Assembly (NCBI GenBank): GCA_036785375.1 | Contig: JAWMAR010000007.1 | Location: forward strand, 11,222,001-11,286,000 | Direction of reading: 5' to 3' | DNA length: 64,000 nucleotides | Origin: Leucoraja ocellata | Lineage: Eukaryota | Shown: positions 13,689 to 25,294 of the stretch, piece by piece | Position numbering within the stretch: the first letter of the stretch is position 1 | Layout of the letters: every line of letters starts with the position of its first letter | The notes under the pieces: model-generated | What the model was told of the DNA's origin: nothing | The model's input: the letters and a program-made list of their open reading frames with translations, nothing else | Databases searched by the model: none | Program-made: the position numbers and the translations under genes

Positions 13689-14243
13689 AATAATAATAAT
13701 AATAACTTTATTTATAAAGCACTTTAAACAACTGCAGTTGCCACAAAGTGCTGTACATGAGAACTCATGGACAAGAAGTTATTACTAACATTAAAAACCG
13801 TAAAACAAAGGACTATAAAACAGTAGAAATCAAAAGACATTAAAAGCACTAAAAACAGGAGCAATGTCTCAGCCAGTGTCGAACGCCAGAGAATAAAAAT
13901 GAGTTTTTAGGGTGGATTTGAAGATGGACAGTGAGGGGGCCTGTCTGATGTGCAACGGCAAGGTGTTCCAGAGTGCCGGAGCAGCAACAGAAAAGGCTCT
14001 ATCTCCTCTGAGCCTCCGCATAGACCTTGGTACCTCAAGGAGCAGCTGATCAGCTGACCTGAGGCACCGGGCAGGAGCGTGTGGGTGGAGCAGCTAAGAG
14101 AGGTAAGGCGGGGCGAGCCCATTCAATGATTTAAAAACAAATAAAATAATTTTTAAATGAACTCAAAAGTACACCGGGAGCCAATGAAGGGAGGCCAAAA
14201 TTGGCGTAATGTGCTCCCTCTTTCGAGTTCCGGTTAAGAGGCG
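13689..14243 (-). mobile_element. L2 LINE 3' fragment
   Basis: RLLTGTRKREHITPILASLHWLPV motif, an L2-type 3' end and an (ATT)n tail. Confidence 0.88.
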
Positions 14244-14699
14244 ATCTGGAAAGGACACAAAGTTACTGCACAACTTCATCGCCTTGCTATCTTAACCTCA
14301 CAATCCCAGCCCCTGAACTACTATCTCCCTTTTTGATGACCCTCGGACTGTCCTTGATCGGACTTTGTTGGCTTTACTTTCACTAAATGTTATTCCCTTA
14401 TCATGTATCGATACACTGTAAATGGCTCGATTGTAATCATGTATTGTCTATCTGCTGACTGGATGGCACACAACAAAAAGCTTTTCACTGTACCTCGGTA
14501 CACGTGACACCAAACTAAACTGTAACTGTCCAACACTCTCCCCCCCCATCCCTAGCCCTGACAGCCCAATCTCTCCCCTTTCCTATCACCCTACTCCCTT
14601 TTCTGCAGTTTTACTTCCCTGCAGGTGGAAAATAGAATATTGACAAGGCCCTGGAGGCAGGAATCTTGGGACTGGCATTGTTTTGCTGCTCACCATGTG

Positions 14700-15890
14700 T
14701 TCACTGTTCCCTACACATGAAGGGGTTATTTGATTGGCAGGTGGGTTGAACAGTGGCCAGAGGTGAAAGACTGAAGGTGTGAGATAAGGATACATGTGAA
14801 TTGTGAAGCCAGAGGAATGAATGTGGGTGGAAGGGGGGGGGGAGCATTAAATGGGTGCTCATCCTGATGGGGCACAGAGAAGAGAGAGGTGGGGTGGGAA
14901 GGGGATGGGGAGAAGTGTAGTTGGGTTTTGCTGGTTAGTTACCTAACATTGGAAAATTCAATGTTCACACCGTTAGGTTGTAAACAAACCAAGCGGAATA
15001 TAACCTGGAGTATTGCGTACAGTTTTGGTCTCCTAATCTGAGGAAAGACATTCTTGCCATAGAGGGAGTACAGAGAAGGTTCACCAGACTGATTCCTGGG
15101 ATGTCAGGACTTTCATATGAAGAAAGACTGGATAGACTTGGTTTATACTCTCTAGAATTTAGGAGATTGAGAGGGGATCTTATAGAAACTTACAAAATTC
15201 TTAAGGGGTTGGACAGGCTAGATGCAGGAAGATTGTTCCCGATGTTGGGGAAGTCCAGAACAAGGGGTCATAGTTTAAGGATAAGGGGGAAATCTTTTAG
15301 GACCGAGATGAGGAAAACTTTTTTCACACAGAGTGGTGAATCTCTGGAACTCTCTGCCACAGAAAGTAGTTGAGGCCAGTTCATTGGCTATATTTAAGAG
15401 GGAGTTAGATGTGGCCCTTGTGGCTAAAGGGATCAGGGGGTATGGAGAGAAGGCAGGTACAGGATACTGAGTTGGATGATCAGCCATGATCATATTGAAT
15501 GGCAGTGCAGGCTCGAAGGGCGAATGGCCTACCCCTGCACCTATTTTCTATGTTTCTATAAGGTGCTGTTTGTGTATGGTATTACTTTGACAATGGAGGA
15601 GGCCCAGGACAGTGAGGTTAGGATGGGAATGGGAAGGGGAGTTAAAATGTATAGCAACAGAAAGATCCAACAGGTCTTGTTACACAGAGTTTGTGTTCAG
15701 TGGAACGGTCGCCGAAGCTATATTTGGTCTCGCCAATGGAAAGGAGGCCACATCAGGTGCAGTAGATGAAGTTGGAGGAGGTGCAGGTTAACCTCTGTCT
15801 CACCTGGAAGGACTGCTGGGGGTTCCTGGATGGATGTAAGGGAGGAGATGTAGGGACAAATTTGCATCTCCTGCAGTTGCAAGGGAAAGT
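14700..15890 (-). mobile_element. Penelope-like remnant interrupted by a + strand CR1 3' end (about 15001-15560)
   Basis: SFQVRQRLTCTSSNFIYC resembles the start of a GIY-YIG domain. The CR1 ORF at 15101 reads LSYEERLDRLGLYSLEFRRLRGDLI. Confidence 0.6.
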
Positions 15891-17334
15891 TTCACATATA
15901 TTTCTTAAAGAGGATGATGATTGGACTTTTTGGCCTTCCATCACAGTGAGGAATGTAGGGAATCTGCTGACGTGGATGCTTATGTTAACTTTTATATAAT
16001 TGTGTGTCTTGTATGGCTGTATGGTAATTCATAAAACACTGTATCTTAATTGGTACATGTGACAATAAAAGACCTTTGTAACCTTTGAATACAAGTTGAG
16101 AGCAAGAATCAACCACTCAGCTCTGCTTTTCAATGATATCATGACTGATATCCCACCTGCTAAACGCTCACCCCTGTGCTCTTCAAGAGCATGAAACGTC
16201 TGACGAAGGTGTGTCCAGCACGAATGTTAGTGCTTTCTCTTTTCACAGAGGTTGCCTGACCTGTTGTGGGTTTCCAGATATTTCTGTTTCCAGATATTCT
16301 CCATCTATCTCTGGCCCAAAATATTAAAAACTCAATCTTTTGAGGAAGAGAGTTCCAAAGACTGTTGATCTAAGAAACGAAAATCAAGTCATCCTAAAAT
16401 GTGTGACTCCTACTTGTGAACAGTAACTCTTCAATCCAGGTTTGCTCACAAGAGCAAACATCTTCTCAAATCCATTCTGCAAAGATGCTTTTGGAGCTTA
16501 GTCAAGTTTTTTCTCACTTTAATGCCTCTAATTTTTACATCCATGATACTGCATGTTCCCCCAGTCCCACTCCAAACACGTCTGCTGCTGAAACCCATGT
16601 CCCTATCTTCAATCATTCCAGCCTTGTCACCTCTTACGTGAGTTTTAATCTGTACAAAACGCTCCATTGGCCTCCACTGGCTCCAGCTCGGGGGCATCTC
16701 AGTGTGAAGGTTCTCTTTTCCCATTTTCTGTAAGCTGTTCCACTTTGCTAATCTTGGGATCTCTACCTTCTCCAGCTTGCCTCAGAAACATCCCCTCTTT
16801 GTTTCTCAGATCAATAGGAGCTCCCTTCCTCAATGACAGTGGCAGCACAGTGGCGCAGCAGGTAAAATGTGCAAACTCCACACTGATATCACCCAAGTTT
16901 GGGATCGAACACGGGTCTCAAGCGCTGTGAGGCAGCAGCTCTGCCAGCAGCGCCACAGCACAGCACCAGAGATCTGGGTTCAATACAGACTGTATAGAGT
17001 CTGTGCTCGTCCCCATGAATGCTTGGCTTACCTCCGGATGTTCCAGTTTCCTCCACCACCTCATAGATATGCGGGTTAAATCGCCGCTAAGATCCAGGGA
17101 GATGATGAGAAAGTGGGTTGATATAGAATTAGTGTGAAATTATGACCAATGGTTGGCATGAACTCCACACTGATGTGGGCAGAACAGCCTATTTCCATGC
17201 TGTATCCATAAAATTACAACTTTTAACCACTCTGCCGCAGGAGCTGGATCGTGAAAGCTGGCCTTTACTTCCTGCATCTCTTCCTCCTGGTTACCTCTGT
17301 GCAAATTCCAAATGATAACCATCACTGCACTCAC

Positions 17335-17451
17335 CAACATTCCTGTCCAATTCTCCCGGAGTTGGGACTGCCTGGGTGGCTGCCCTGTTTCTTGTCTCTG
17401 TGTTTAAATCAACAACACTGTAAATAGGATCCCCTTCAGGCTCCTGTGAAC
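17335..17451 (-). CDS. Siglec-15-like receptor, exon 8 (cytoplasmic, PIYSVV motif)
   Basis: Acceptor ttttttgtgtctttggcag, donor G|GTGAGT, 117 nt. Encodes SQEPEGDPIYSVVDLNTETRNRAATQAVPTPGELDRNV. Confidence 0.82.
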
Positions 17452-18746
17452 CTGCCAAAGACACAAAAAAGCAATGCGTATTTCAATGGAGAAATTAGAG
17501 CTCCCAAACTGTCCACCCCATCCCCTCCCACAGGGTCAAAACTGTAGATAAAACAGAAGGGAATCCTGGAGTAATCGCAAAATGCAGAACTTTCCAACCC
17601 TATCCTCAGGCGTGGTGGAGGGTTACATAGATGAGGTTATTTGTGCAAATCTATGAGATACATTGATCAGGTATTGTTACTTTGGGTATAATAGGATCAA
17701 TTCCAAATTACAATGACCTTTCAAAACCAAAGCTGGTGTATTAGATATAATATTGGTCTCTTTACCCCAAAAAGCAATGTACAGGCAATTCCGCTATACC
17801 ACGAATGCTGCATTCTTAAGGAACATCTTATTGTAAAAAATTACATTCTGAAAATAATTGTGCCAATGAGAAAAAGGAGGTAAGGGGCTAGTGATTATGA
17901 GGCTTGCAATAACAATGTTATTTCTCCCACTGGTTTTTTAAAAACAAAGATCTATTTTATGGCTCCAAGTTTAGTTTTGTACTGCAATCTACAAATACTG
18001 ATGGCTCAATGTTACTTTGTTTAATAGAGTATCACTGCACACATGTCAATTTAAATGATTGCTTGACCACCCATGATGATCTGTATTCATAAGAGACAGT
18101 GGTGACTGCTTACTGCAGGGAGGTTACATGAACATGTTTTTTTCTCCCCAGGTTGTTTTTTACAAGATAGCTTTTTTTCTGCTTTCCAAAGTAACTTTTA
18201 ACTGGATCTCAACTTCCTGATAGAGATTATTTTATAACCAATTCAAGCTGCATAATAGCATTACCTAATTTAGCAATCGTGTTGTAGCCAATTTGCGATT
18301 TCAAAACCTATGTTGAGCAGTACTACCTGTACTTACTTTGCAGATTGAGCAGCAAAGGTTCATGAGGCTGGTTATTGGGATGACAAAGAGATTAAATAGG
18401 TTGGACCTTCAATCTTTAGAGTTAAGGACAGGTGTCCAATACAAAATACTTCCAGTAGGTTCGACAGAGTAGATTAATTCCCATGACTGAGGAATCTGGA
18501 ATCTTAGTGCAAGCCCTGGGCCTTAAGGCAAGTATTTTAAGTATTAATATTCCACTTGAGCACACAACCTGATCTGCTCTGAGAGGGATTGTCTTTGCTG
18601 ATCTAATTAGAAGGCTGTGGGAGGTAGGGAAGGAGGGTAGGTGGTAGCGACAATTGAAAGGCCAGTTATTAAATGTGGGTTTGAGCTCTGCTTTTCCAAA
18701 GAATGTCCTCAATATGAAAGGAAGTTTTGGCAGATTCTCCTATTAC

Positions 18747-18818
18747 CTGGCTCTGGTCCTTGTGGTTTCCGACCATTGGCCGCGCTGGCATCAACACAAC
18801 ACACACGCTGCTGTGCAC
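18747..18818 (-). CDS. Siglec-15-like receptor, exon 7 (juxtamembrane, CAQQRVCCVDASAANGRKPQGPEP)
   Basis: Acceptor cctgtgtctttgacag, donor G|GTAATA, 72 nt, phase 1/1, open frame. The acceptor resembles that of the next exon. Confidence 0.7.
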
Positions 18819-19344
18819 CTGTCAAAGACACAGGAAATTATTCTGTGAGAATTCTCTCCAGATACCTCTCCCACTCTCCTCCTTTAACACACTTCTCTAC
18901 TCTCAGCTCATGGGTCTCTGAGCCCATCATGCTCCCATCTGGGCCTACTAATTCCCTGCTCAAGTTCTTTTTTTTCATAATCTTCCTTAAAGGCCCAGTC
19001 CAATTTCTGTTCCTTAAACTTTGCATATGCATCATTTTCCTTTGAGACTAAATTTACAACCTCTCATCATTAAATCACTCTCACTTCCTGATGCAAACTT
19101 TCCCAATAGCAGCTGGTCCATAACTACTTTACCCAGTAAAAAACAAAGTGCTGGAGAAATTCATAGGGCCACGCAGGCTCTGTGGTGGAGAGAAATGGAT
19201 AGATAATGTTTTGGGTCGCGATCCTTCATCAGATTGATGCAGTAGAGGGGAGAAAGCTGGCAAGGAGAGTTGAAGGGGAACGGGTGTGGCAAAAACTGAC
19301 AAATGTTGGTAGATTCAGAAAAGGGTTGAGTGGCAGATGGATGG

Positions 19345-19815
19345 AGCTGTGGCGGCGTTCCGGCGGCGACCCGACTTCGGAGGCTCAGCCGCAGGCCCAG
19401 GGGACAACATCGTCGGGAGCTCACAGGTCACAGGTTGGTGATCTGTTTTTCCAGAGCTCCCACTACAACAGTTTCGTCTGCTGGACTGGAGGGCGACAGT
19501 TTCAACCACCCCGGGCCGCGGAGTTTGAGCCGGCCCGTTCGCGGAGCTTGGATTCAGCCGTGGAACTGACTTACCATCACCCCGCGGGGTCACAACATGG
19601 GAAGCCTGGATCACCTCAGCGCAGAGGGAGAACAAGGAAGGAAGAGACAAAGACTTTAAGACTTTTGCCTTCCATCACAGTGAGGAGGTGCCTGGTAGAC
19701 TCACTGTGGTGGATGTTAAATTTGGGTTTATTGTGTGTTTTTGTTATTTTATTATATGTATGACTGCAAGGCACAAAATTTTGTTCAGACCGGAAGGTCT
19801 GAATGATAATAAAGG
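19345..19815 (+). mobile_element. GC-rich non-autonomous retroelement (related copies at about 15900-16090 and 45332-46226)
   Basis: Shared core gccttcca(t/c)cacagtga followed by a TG-rich segment and a LINE-like 3' end. Confidence 0.55.
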
Positions 19816-19923
19816 ATACTTTACTTTACAAAGGATTGAGATAAAATGAAGACAATGAAGACAGATGTAGAATCAAATAAGGAAGGAAGAAAACTGTGTA
19901 ATATAAAACCAAAGGGCAGAATG

Positions 19924-20531
19924 TGTGTCCCAGTGGGCCTCCCTGTGTCCCAGTGGGCCTCCCTGTGTCCCAGTGGGCCTCCCTGTGTCCCAGTGGGCCT
20001 CCCTCTGTCCCAGTGGGCCTCCCTGTGTCTCAGTGGGCCTCCTTGTGTCCCAGTGGGCCTCCCTGTGTCCCAGTGGGCCTCCCTGTGTCCCAGTGGGCCT
20101 CCTTGTGTCCCAGTGGGCCTCCCTGTGTCCCAGCGGGCCTCCCTGTGCCCCAGTGGGCCTCCCTGTGTCCCAGTGGGCCTCCTTGTGTCCCAGTGGGCCT
20201 CCTTGTGTCCCAGTGGGCCTCCCTGTGTCCCAGTGGGCCTCCTTGTGTCCCAGTGGGCCTCCCTGTGTCCCAGTGGGCCTCCCTGTGTCCCAGTGGGCCT
20301 CCCTGTGTCCCAGTGGCCTCCCTGTGTCCCAGTGGGCCTCCCTGTGTCCCAGTGGGCCTCCTTGTGTCCCAGTGGGCCTCCCTGTGTCCCAGTGGCCTTC
20401 CTGTATCCCAGTGGGCCTCCCTGTGTCCCAGTGGCCTTCCTGTATCCCAGTGGGCCTCCCTGTGTCCCAGTGGGCCTCCTTGTGTCCCAGTGGGCCTCCC
20501 TGTGTCCCAGTGGGCCTCCTTGTGTCCCAGT
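19924..20531. repeat. Minisatellite, 20-bp unit ccctgtgtcccagtgggcct, about 30 copies
   Basis: Directly visible tandem array with C/T variants and a few 19-bp units. Confidence 0.97.
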
Positions 20532-21185
20532 GTTGAACACTATTCAGTACCAATCCTACCTTACCCCGGGATGTTCTGTTGTATTAATCATGCCACATGC
20601 TTGCTCAGTAGACTAACAAAAAGTTTGGCATTTCTCCAACACACTAGCCAATTTCTACAAATGCACCATTGAAAGCAAGACAAAGTGCTGGAGTAATTTA
20701 GCAAGTCAGGCAGCATCCCTGGAGAACGTGGATAGGTGACGTATAGGGTCGGGACCCTTCTTCAGACTGATCGGGATACTGTCAGGATGCTTCACAGCTT
20801 GGAAACAGCTCCCCAAGACTAAGACATTTCAGAGAGTTGTGAATGTAGTTGAGTATATCACACAGACCACACTTCCCACTATTGACTTCATCTGCACTTC
20901 ACGCTGCCTTAGGAAAGCAGTGAACATAATCAAGGATATTTTTCACCTCGGTCATCCCCTCTTCTCCCCTCTCCCGTTGGGCAGAAGATACATTAGCTTA
21001 AAGACGCAATCCACCAGATTCAGGAACAGCTTCTTCCCCCACTTTTGCCAGACTACTGAACGGCCCTCCCACAAACTAAGGTGTAGTCCCGATCTTCCAA
21101 CTTACTTCAGTGCGACCCATGCATTTTTTCTCTTTTTATCTGAACTTTTTCTGGAGCTGTAACATTGTAATGAAGGAACTATGGA

Positions 21186-21432
21186 TGGCTCAGTGGCACA
21201 GCGGTAGAGTTGCTGCCTTACTGCGCCAGAGACCCGGGTTTGATCCTGACTATGGGAGCTGTCTGTATGGAGTTTGTAAGTTCTCCCTGTAACCACTTAG
21301 GTTTTCTCCGAGTGCTCTGGTTTCCTCCCACACACGATAGACATAAGAATTAATGATACAGGGTACTCGCTGGTTGCACAGACATGGTGGGCCAAAGGAC
21401 CTGTTTCCACGCTGTATCTCTACCAAAGTCTA
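21186..21432 (+). mobile_element. tRNA-derived HE1-like SINE (further copies at about 1530-1830 -, 16840-17210, 40120-40270, 49140-49428 -, 50952-51357 +, 60036-60358 -)
   Basis: A/B-box-like head ggcacagcggtagag...cgggtttgatcc, a conserved body, and a LINE-derived tail. Confidence 0.8.
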
Positions 21433-23020
21433 AAACACAATATTATGTACTCTGGTATTTTTCTCTTTACACTGCCTGTTGTACTTGTATATGGATTGAT
21501 TGTACTCATGTATGATATGATTAGATTTGACCAAATAACATACAAACAAAGATTTTCACTGTATCACAGTAGAAGTGACTATAATAATAAATTAATACAT
21601 GAATGCAAGCATTTGTTGCTGTTGTACAAATCTAAGGACCTAATCAAGAATCTATCAATCTACGCTATAAATTTTCCACTGACTAGACCTCCACTTTTGC
21701 CTGTGGCATTGAATTCCACTGATTCATCAGTCTCTGGCTAAAAAAAAAAAAATCTTCCTCATCTCCATTCTAAAGGTTCATCCTTTTATTCTGAGGCTGT
21801 GTTCTCTGGTTCTGGACTCACTGCTGGTAACATTCTCTCCATGCCCACATGTCCTTTTGATAGCATAGAGACCAAGGACCTATACATTTATACCCGAGTT
21901 CATATCTTCTTGCATTAAAGGCCATTACATTTGTTTTCCGAAATCCACACGTTTGATACATAAAGTGAGTTATCTGTGAACATTGGTATTCCCCAATCTG
22001 TAACCGCTGGAAGAGCATTGAAGTTTGACAGCTTTTTCTCACATTCCCATGTTGTTTCCCAACTTGGCTGGTCGTTATATTCTCTTCAAACCTTGAGCCA
22101 TCACATTCCCACTCAGTTTCACATCATCTGCAAACTGGTCCATGATTGAATCGGAACACTCAGAACCTTTTTCAAATGATACCCAAGCATTTGAAGAACA
22201 GCGAGGATCTAAGGACAGAATCACAGCCGGACCTTCCCACAAATTCATCGGAGGGCAAGGGCAATGAATACCTTATCTCAGGACTGTATTATTAAGAACA
22301 GGAATTCTGACCCTGTTATACCCGTCTATGGACAATGTCTGTCAGGGTAGCAATGGTGAGGGCAGACTTGACCCTTCAAGGGGTACAGCTCCAGTCCACT
22401 AGAACTGAAGATTTAACCTTGGCACACGATGTCTGTGCCGACCATAATGCCAAATTAAACTAATCGTATCTCTCTGCACATGGTTTTGATCTCTTTCCAT
22501 TCCATGTATATTTACATGTATAAATGCTCTTTAAACATTGCTAGCGTGTCAGCTTCCACACCTCCCCTGGTTGCACGTTCCAGGCACCAACCATTCTGAA
22601 CAAATGGCACTTCTTAAATCTCCGTTAAAAACATTCCTACTCTCATCTTAACCCATGCTCTTTAGTTTTTGACATCTAAACCCTGAGGAAAAAAGACTAA
22701 CTACTCTTTCTACATGTCTCAGAATTTGACATTATGTTCGCCCCTCAGCATCAGATGTTCCAGAGAAAAACAATCCAACCTCTCCTTATAGCTAAAATCT
22801 TCTAATCCAGGCATTATTCTGTAACCCTCTGCACCCTCTCCAAAGTGTCCAAATCCTTCCTGAAATGTGGTGACCAGAACTGGACAAAATACTCCAAATG
22901 TGGCCTAACCAGGGATGACTGGCCTCCTGTTCACATTTCCGGCCTATAATATTTGAAAAAGCCACCAGTCCCAAGAACACCCACAACAGCCCACAATGTA
23001 GTTGTTATTGGCAAACTCAC

Positions 23021-23389
23021 ATTTTTTCAAAGATATGAGAGCAAATACCATCAGGCCAATAGCCAATATGGATAATCCAATGTAGACGCCTGGGTGCAAC
23101 ACTCCCCCAACCTCGAATAGGCGGATCTCACGCGTGTCCATCTGGTGTTCATTCTCAGCCACACACGTGTATTTCCCTGGCAGCCTGAGGTGAAGCAGCT
23201 CTCCCACAGTCAGTAGTTTCTCTGGATCATGTGTGACTGTCATCTCACTAATGTTCACGGGCAGAGCACTGTTCCCTGGGCCGATCCATGTGATGTTTGC
23301 AGGGGGCTTCCCTTCAGCCCTGCACACGAGGGTGTGTTCTCCAGTTACATTGTCACTCACAACGAACAGCTCCAGGATGGTGGCTGGGA
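23021..23389 (-). CDS. Siglec-15-like receptor, exon 6 (C2-set domain plus transmembrane helix)
   Basis: LVCRAEGKPPANITWIGP...GKYTCVAEN resembles the Siglec-15 C2 domain. It is followed by the TM segment GVYIGLSILAIGLMVFALISL and KK. Acceptor ccttccttctccaag, donor T|GTGAGT, 369 nt. Confidence 0.9.
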
Positions 23390-24038
23390 CTTGGAGAAGG
23401 AAGGAATGAATTAAATTCATTGAATTAATCACTGTTGGTGTGTGCGGATAAACTCCATCTGAATGGGGATTGGAAGGACACATCTAGGAGACTGCAGTGA
23501 AATATTTGCAGATATGACAGTGTCTTTGAGAAGCACATGGATCTACAGGGAATGGAGGGATATGGATCATGTGTCGGCAGATGATATTAGTTTAACTTAC
23601 AGAACCATTATATTCTGCACCGATATTGCGGGCCAAAGGGCCTGGTCCTGTGCTGTACTGTTCTATGTAATATTCAGTGAGAGAACATACAGGATCCCGG
23701 AGTCGATGTGAATGAAAGAGACGGATGATACCCCTGGGCCGTCTGTGGATCTTTGTAACACAGACCATGTCACAGACATAGGGACTGGAGGTTCAGCTGG
23801 TGAATGTGGTTCTGAATCTCTGATCCTGCTGCAGGGAGCTCCGTGCAACCTGGCTGGAATCAGCACTGTTTTCCAACCACTAGGGGCAGTGCTGAGCAAG
23901 GGAAGCCCGGTGCAAGGAATGGAACCTACAATGGATTGGGCCGATCTCGGCTCCAGCTGTCAGTGGATCTCATGTCCTCTTACAGTTGTTCATGTGATTT
24001 TATCGTTCACAGCACAACACAGACAGATATTTCCTTAC

Positions 24039-24401
24039 CCACAACCTCCAGTTTAGTCTCATCCTGAGTCACCGTCTCCTGTGTGGAATTCCTGACCCAA
24101 ACGTAACAGAAATAGTCTCTGCTGTCGTCCAGTCTGAGTTCCTTCACTCTGATAGAGGCGTCTCCCTGGTCTAGTTTTCCCACCAGCTTATATCGACCTC
24201 CTCCCTTTACAGTGACAGTGGAGGGAGGGTTCACAGAGTGGGGGTGGGTGTGATTAAAGACTGTGGACTCTTCCCGTAGATTCCCCTTCATCCAGCGGAC
24301 AGTGATGGGGCTGGGATTCTTGTTCAAGGGGCTGAAGGAGCAGGGCAGTGTGGCTGAATCTCTTCTGTTCCCAATCACCATCGATGTGTTCTTCTTTCCA
24401 T
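24039..24401 (-). CDS. Siglec-15-like receptor, exon 5 (V4)
   Basis: ATLPC, ITVRW, GDASIRV, DSRDYFCYV. Acceptor cttttctctatacaag, donor G|GTAAGG, 363 nt. Confidence 0.88.
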
Positions 24402-24629
24402 CTTGTATAGAGAAAAGTTGTATTTAACAATCTATTCCACATGGTTTATAAAAATACATCATCCATGCCTGTGACATTGATTCCCCATCCCACTCCCACT
24501 CTGATCTGTCTGTCTCAGACCTCCTGCATTGTTCTAACGAGGCCCAATCTCAAGCAACCTCATCTTCTGTCTGGGCAGCATGAAGCTTTTGTGTTAACAT
24601 TTAATACAACAATTTCAATAACTTGCTTA

Positions 24630-25294
24630 AGGGCCTGTCCAACTTACGCGATTATTAGGCGACTACTGGCGACTAGGCGGTCACCACACGGTTGCCGGGT
24701 GTCACATGTAGGGTCGTGAGTCGTCTCCTCAAGTCGCCCAAAGATCCGTAGCGTTTTTCTGGTCGCCGCAGGATTTTGAAATGTTCAAATCTTTTTGGCG
24801 ACACTCAGCGATCTTGGGCTTGTCGTAGCTTGTCTTCTCCTGACGTAGGTGCTGTCGTAAGTTGTCGCCAGGATAGCATAGGTTGTTGCCAGGATGATGA
24901 AGGTTGTCGCTGGTGCTGACTTCGATGAATACATTTGGGGACTACCTACGTCAACTTGCGTCAACCGGCGACAGCTACCGGCGTCAAGAGAAGTCTTCAA
25001 TTGTCACCGACAGGGTGGTAACTTGTCGTAGCTTGTCGCGGGTGGAGGTAGGTTGACGAGTTATCGTAGGTTGTCACCTGTGTGGTCGTAGGGTTGTCTA
25101 GGTATGGTCGTAGGTGGACGTGCTAAGTCGTGACCATTGAGTCGCCGGTTGTCATGGCTTAACGTCGACTAGGTGGTTGGTTGTTGTAGACATTGTCGTA
25201 GGGGGGGTCCAGTCACCAGTTTTTCGGCAACCTGCTACGACCATGACAGTCACCGGCAGTTGCCTAAAAAAATCACCTAAGTGGGACAAGCCCT
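24630..25294. mobile_element. PIF/Harbinger-like MITE, 665 bp
   Basis: TIRs agggcctgtccaactt...aagtgggacaagccct with a TTA TSD on both sides. The interior is CpG-rich with gtcgtag/gtcgcc repeats. Confidence 0.8.

Noticed and set aside
19924-20531. CRISPR-like array
   Set aside because: Head-to-tail repeats without unique spacers, in a eukaryotic context.
19821-20672. Five 200-256 aa repetitive ORFs
   Set aside because: They are translations of the 20-bp minisatellite in all frames, with no splice or domain support.
21186-21260. tRNA gene
   Set aside because: It is a tRNA-derived SINE head followed by a SINE body; no full cloverleaf.
22080-22210. Candidate cytoplasmic exon after the TM exon
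   Set aside because: It reads into FADDVKLSG, a CR1 RT remnant, and has no good donor.
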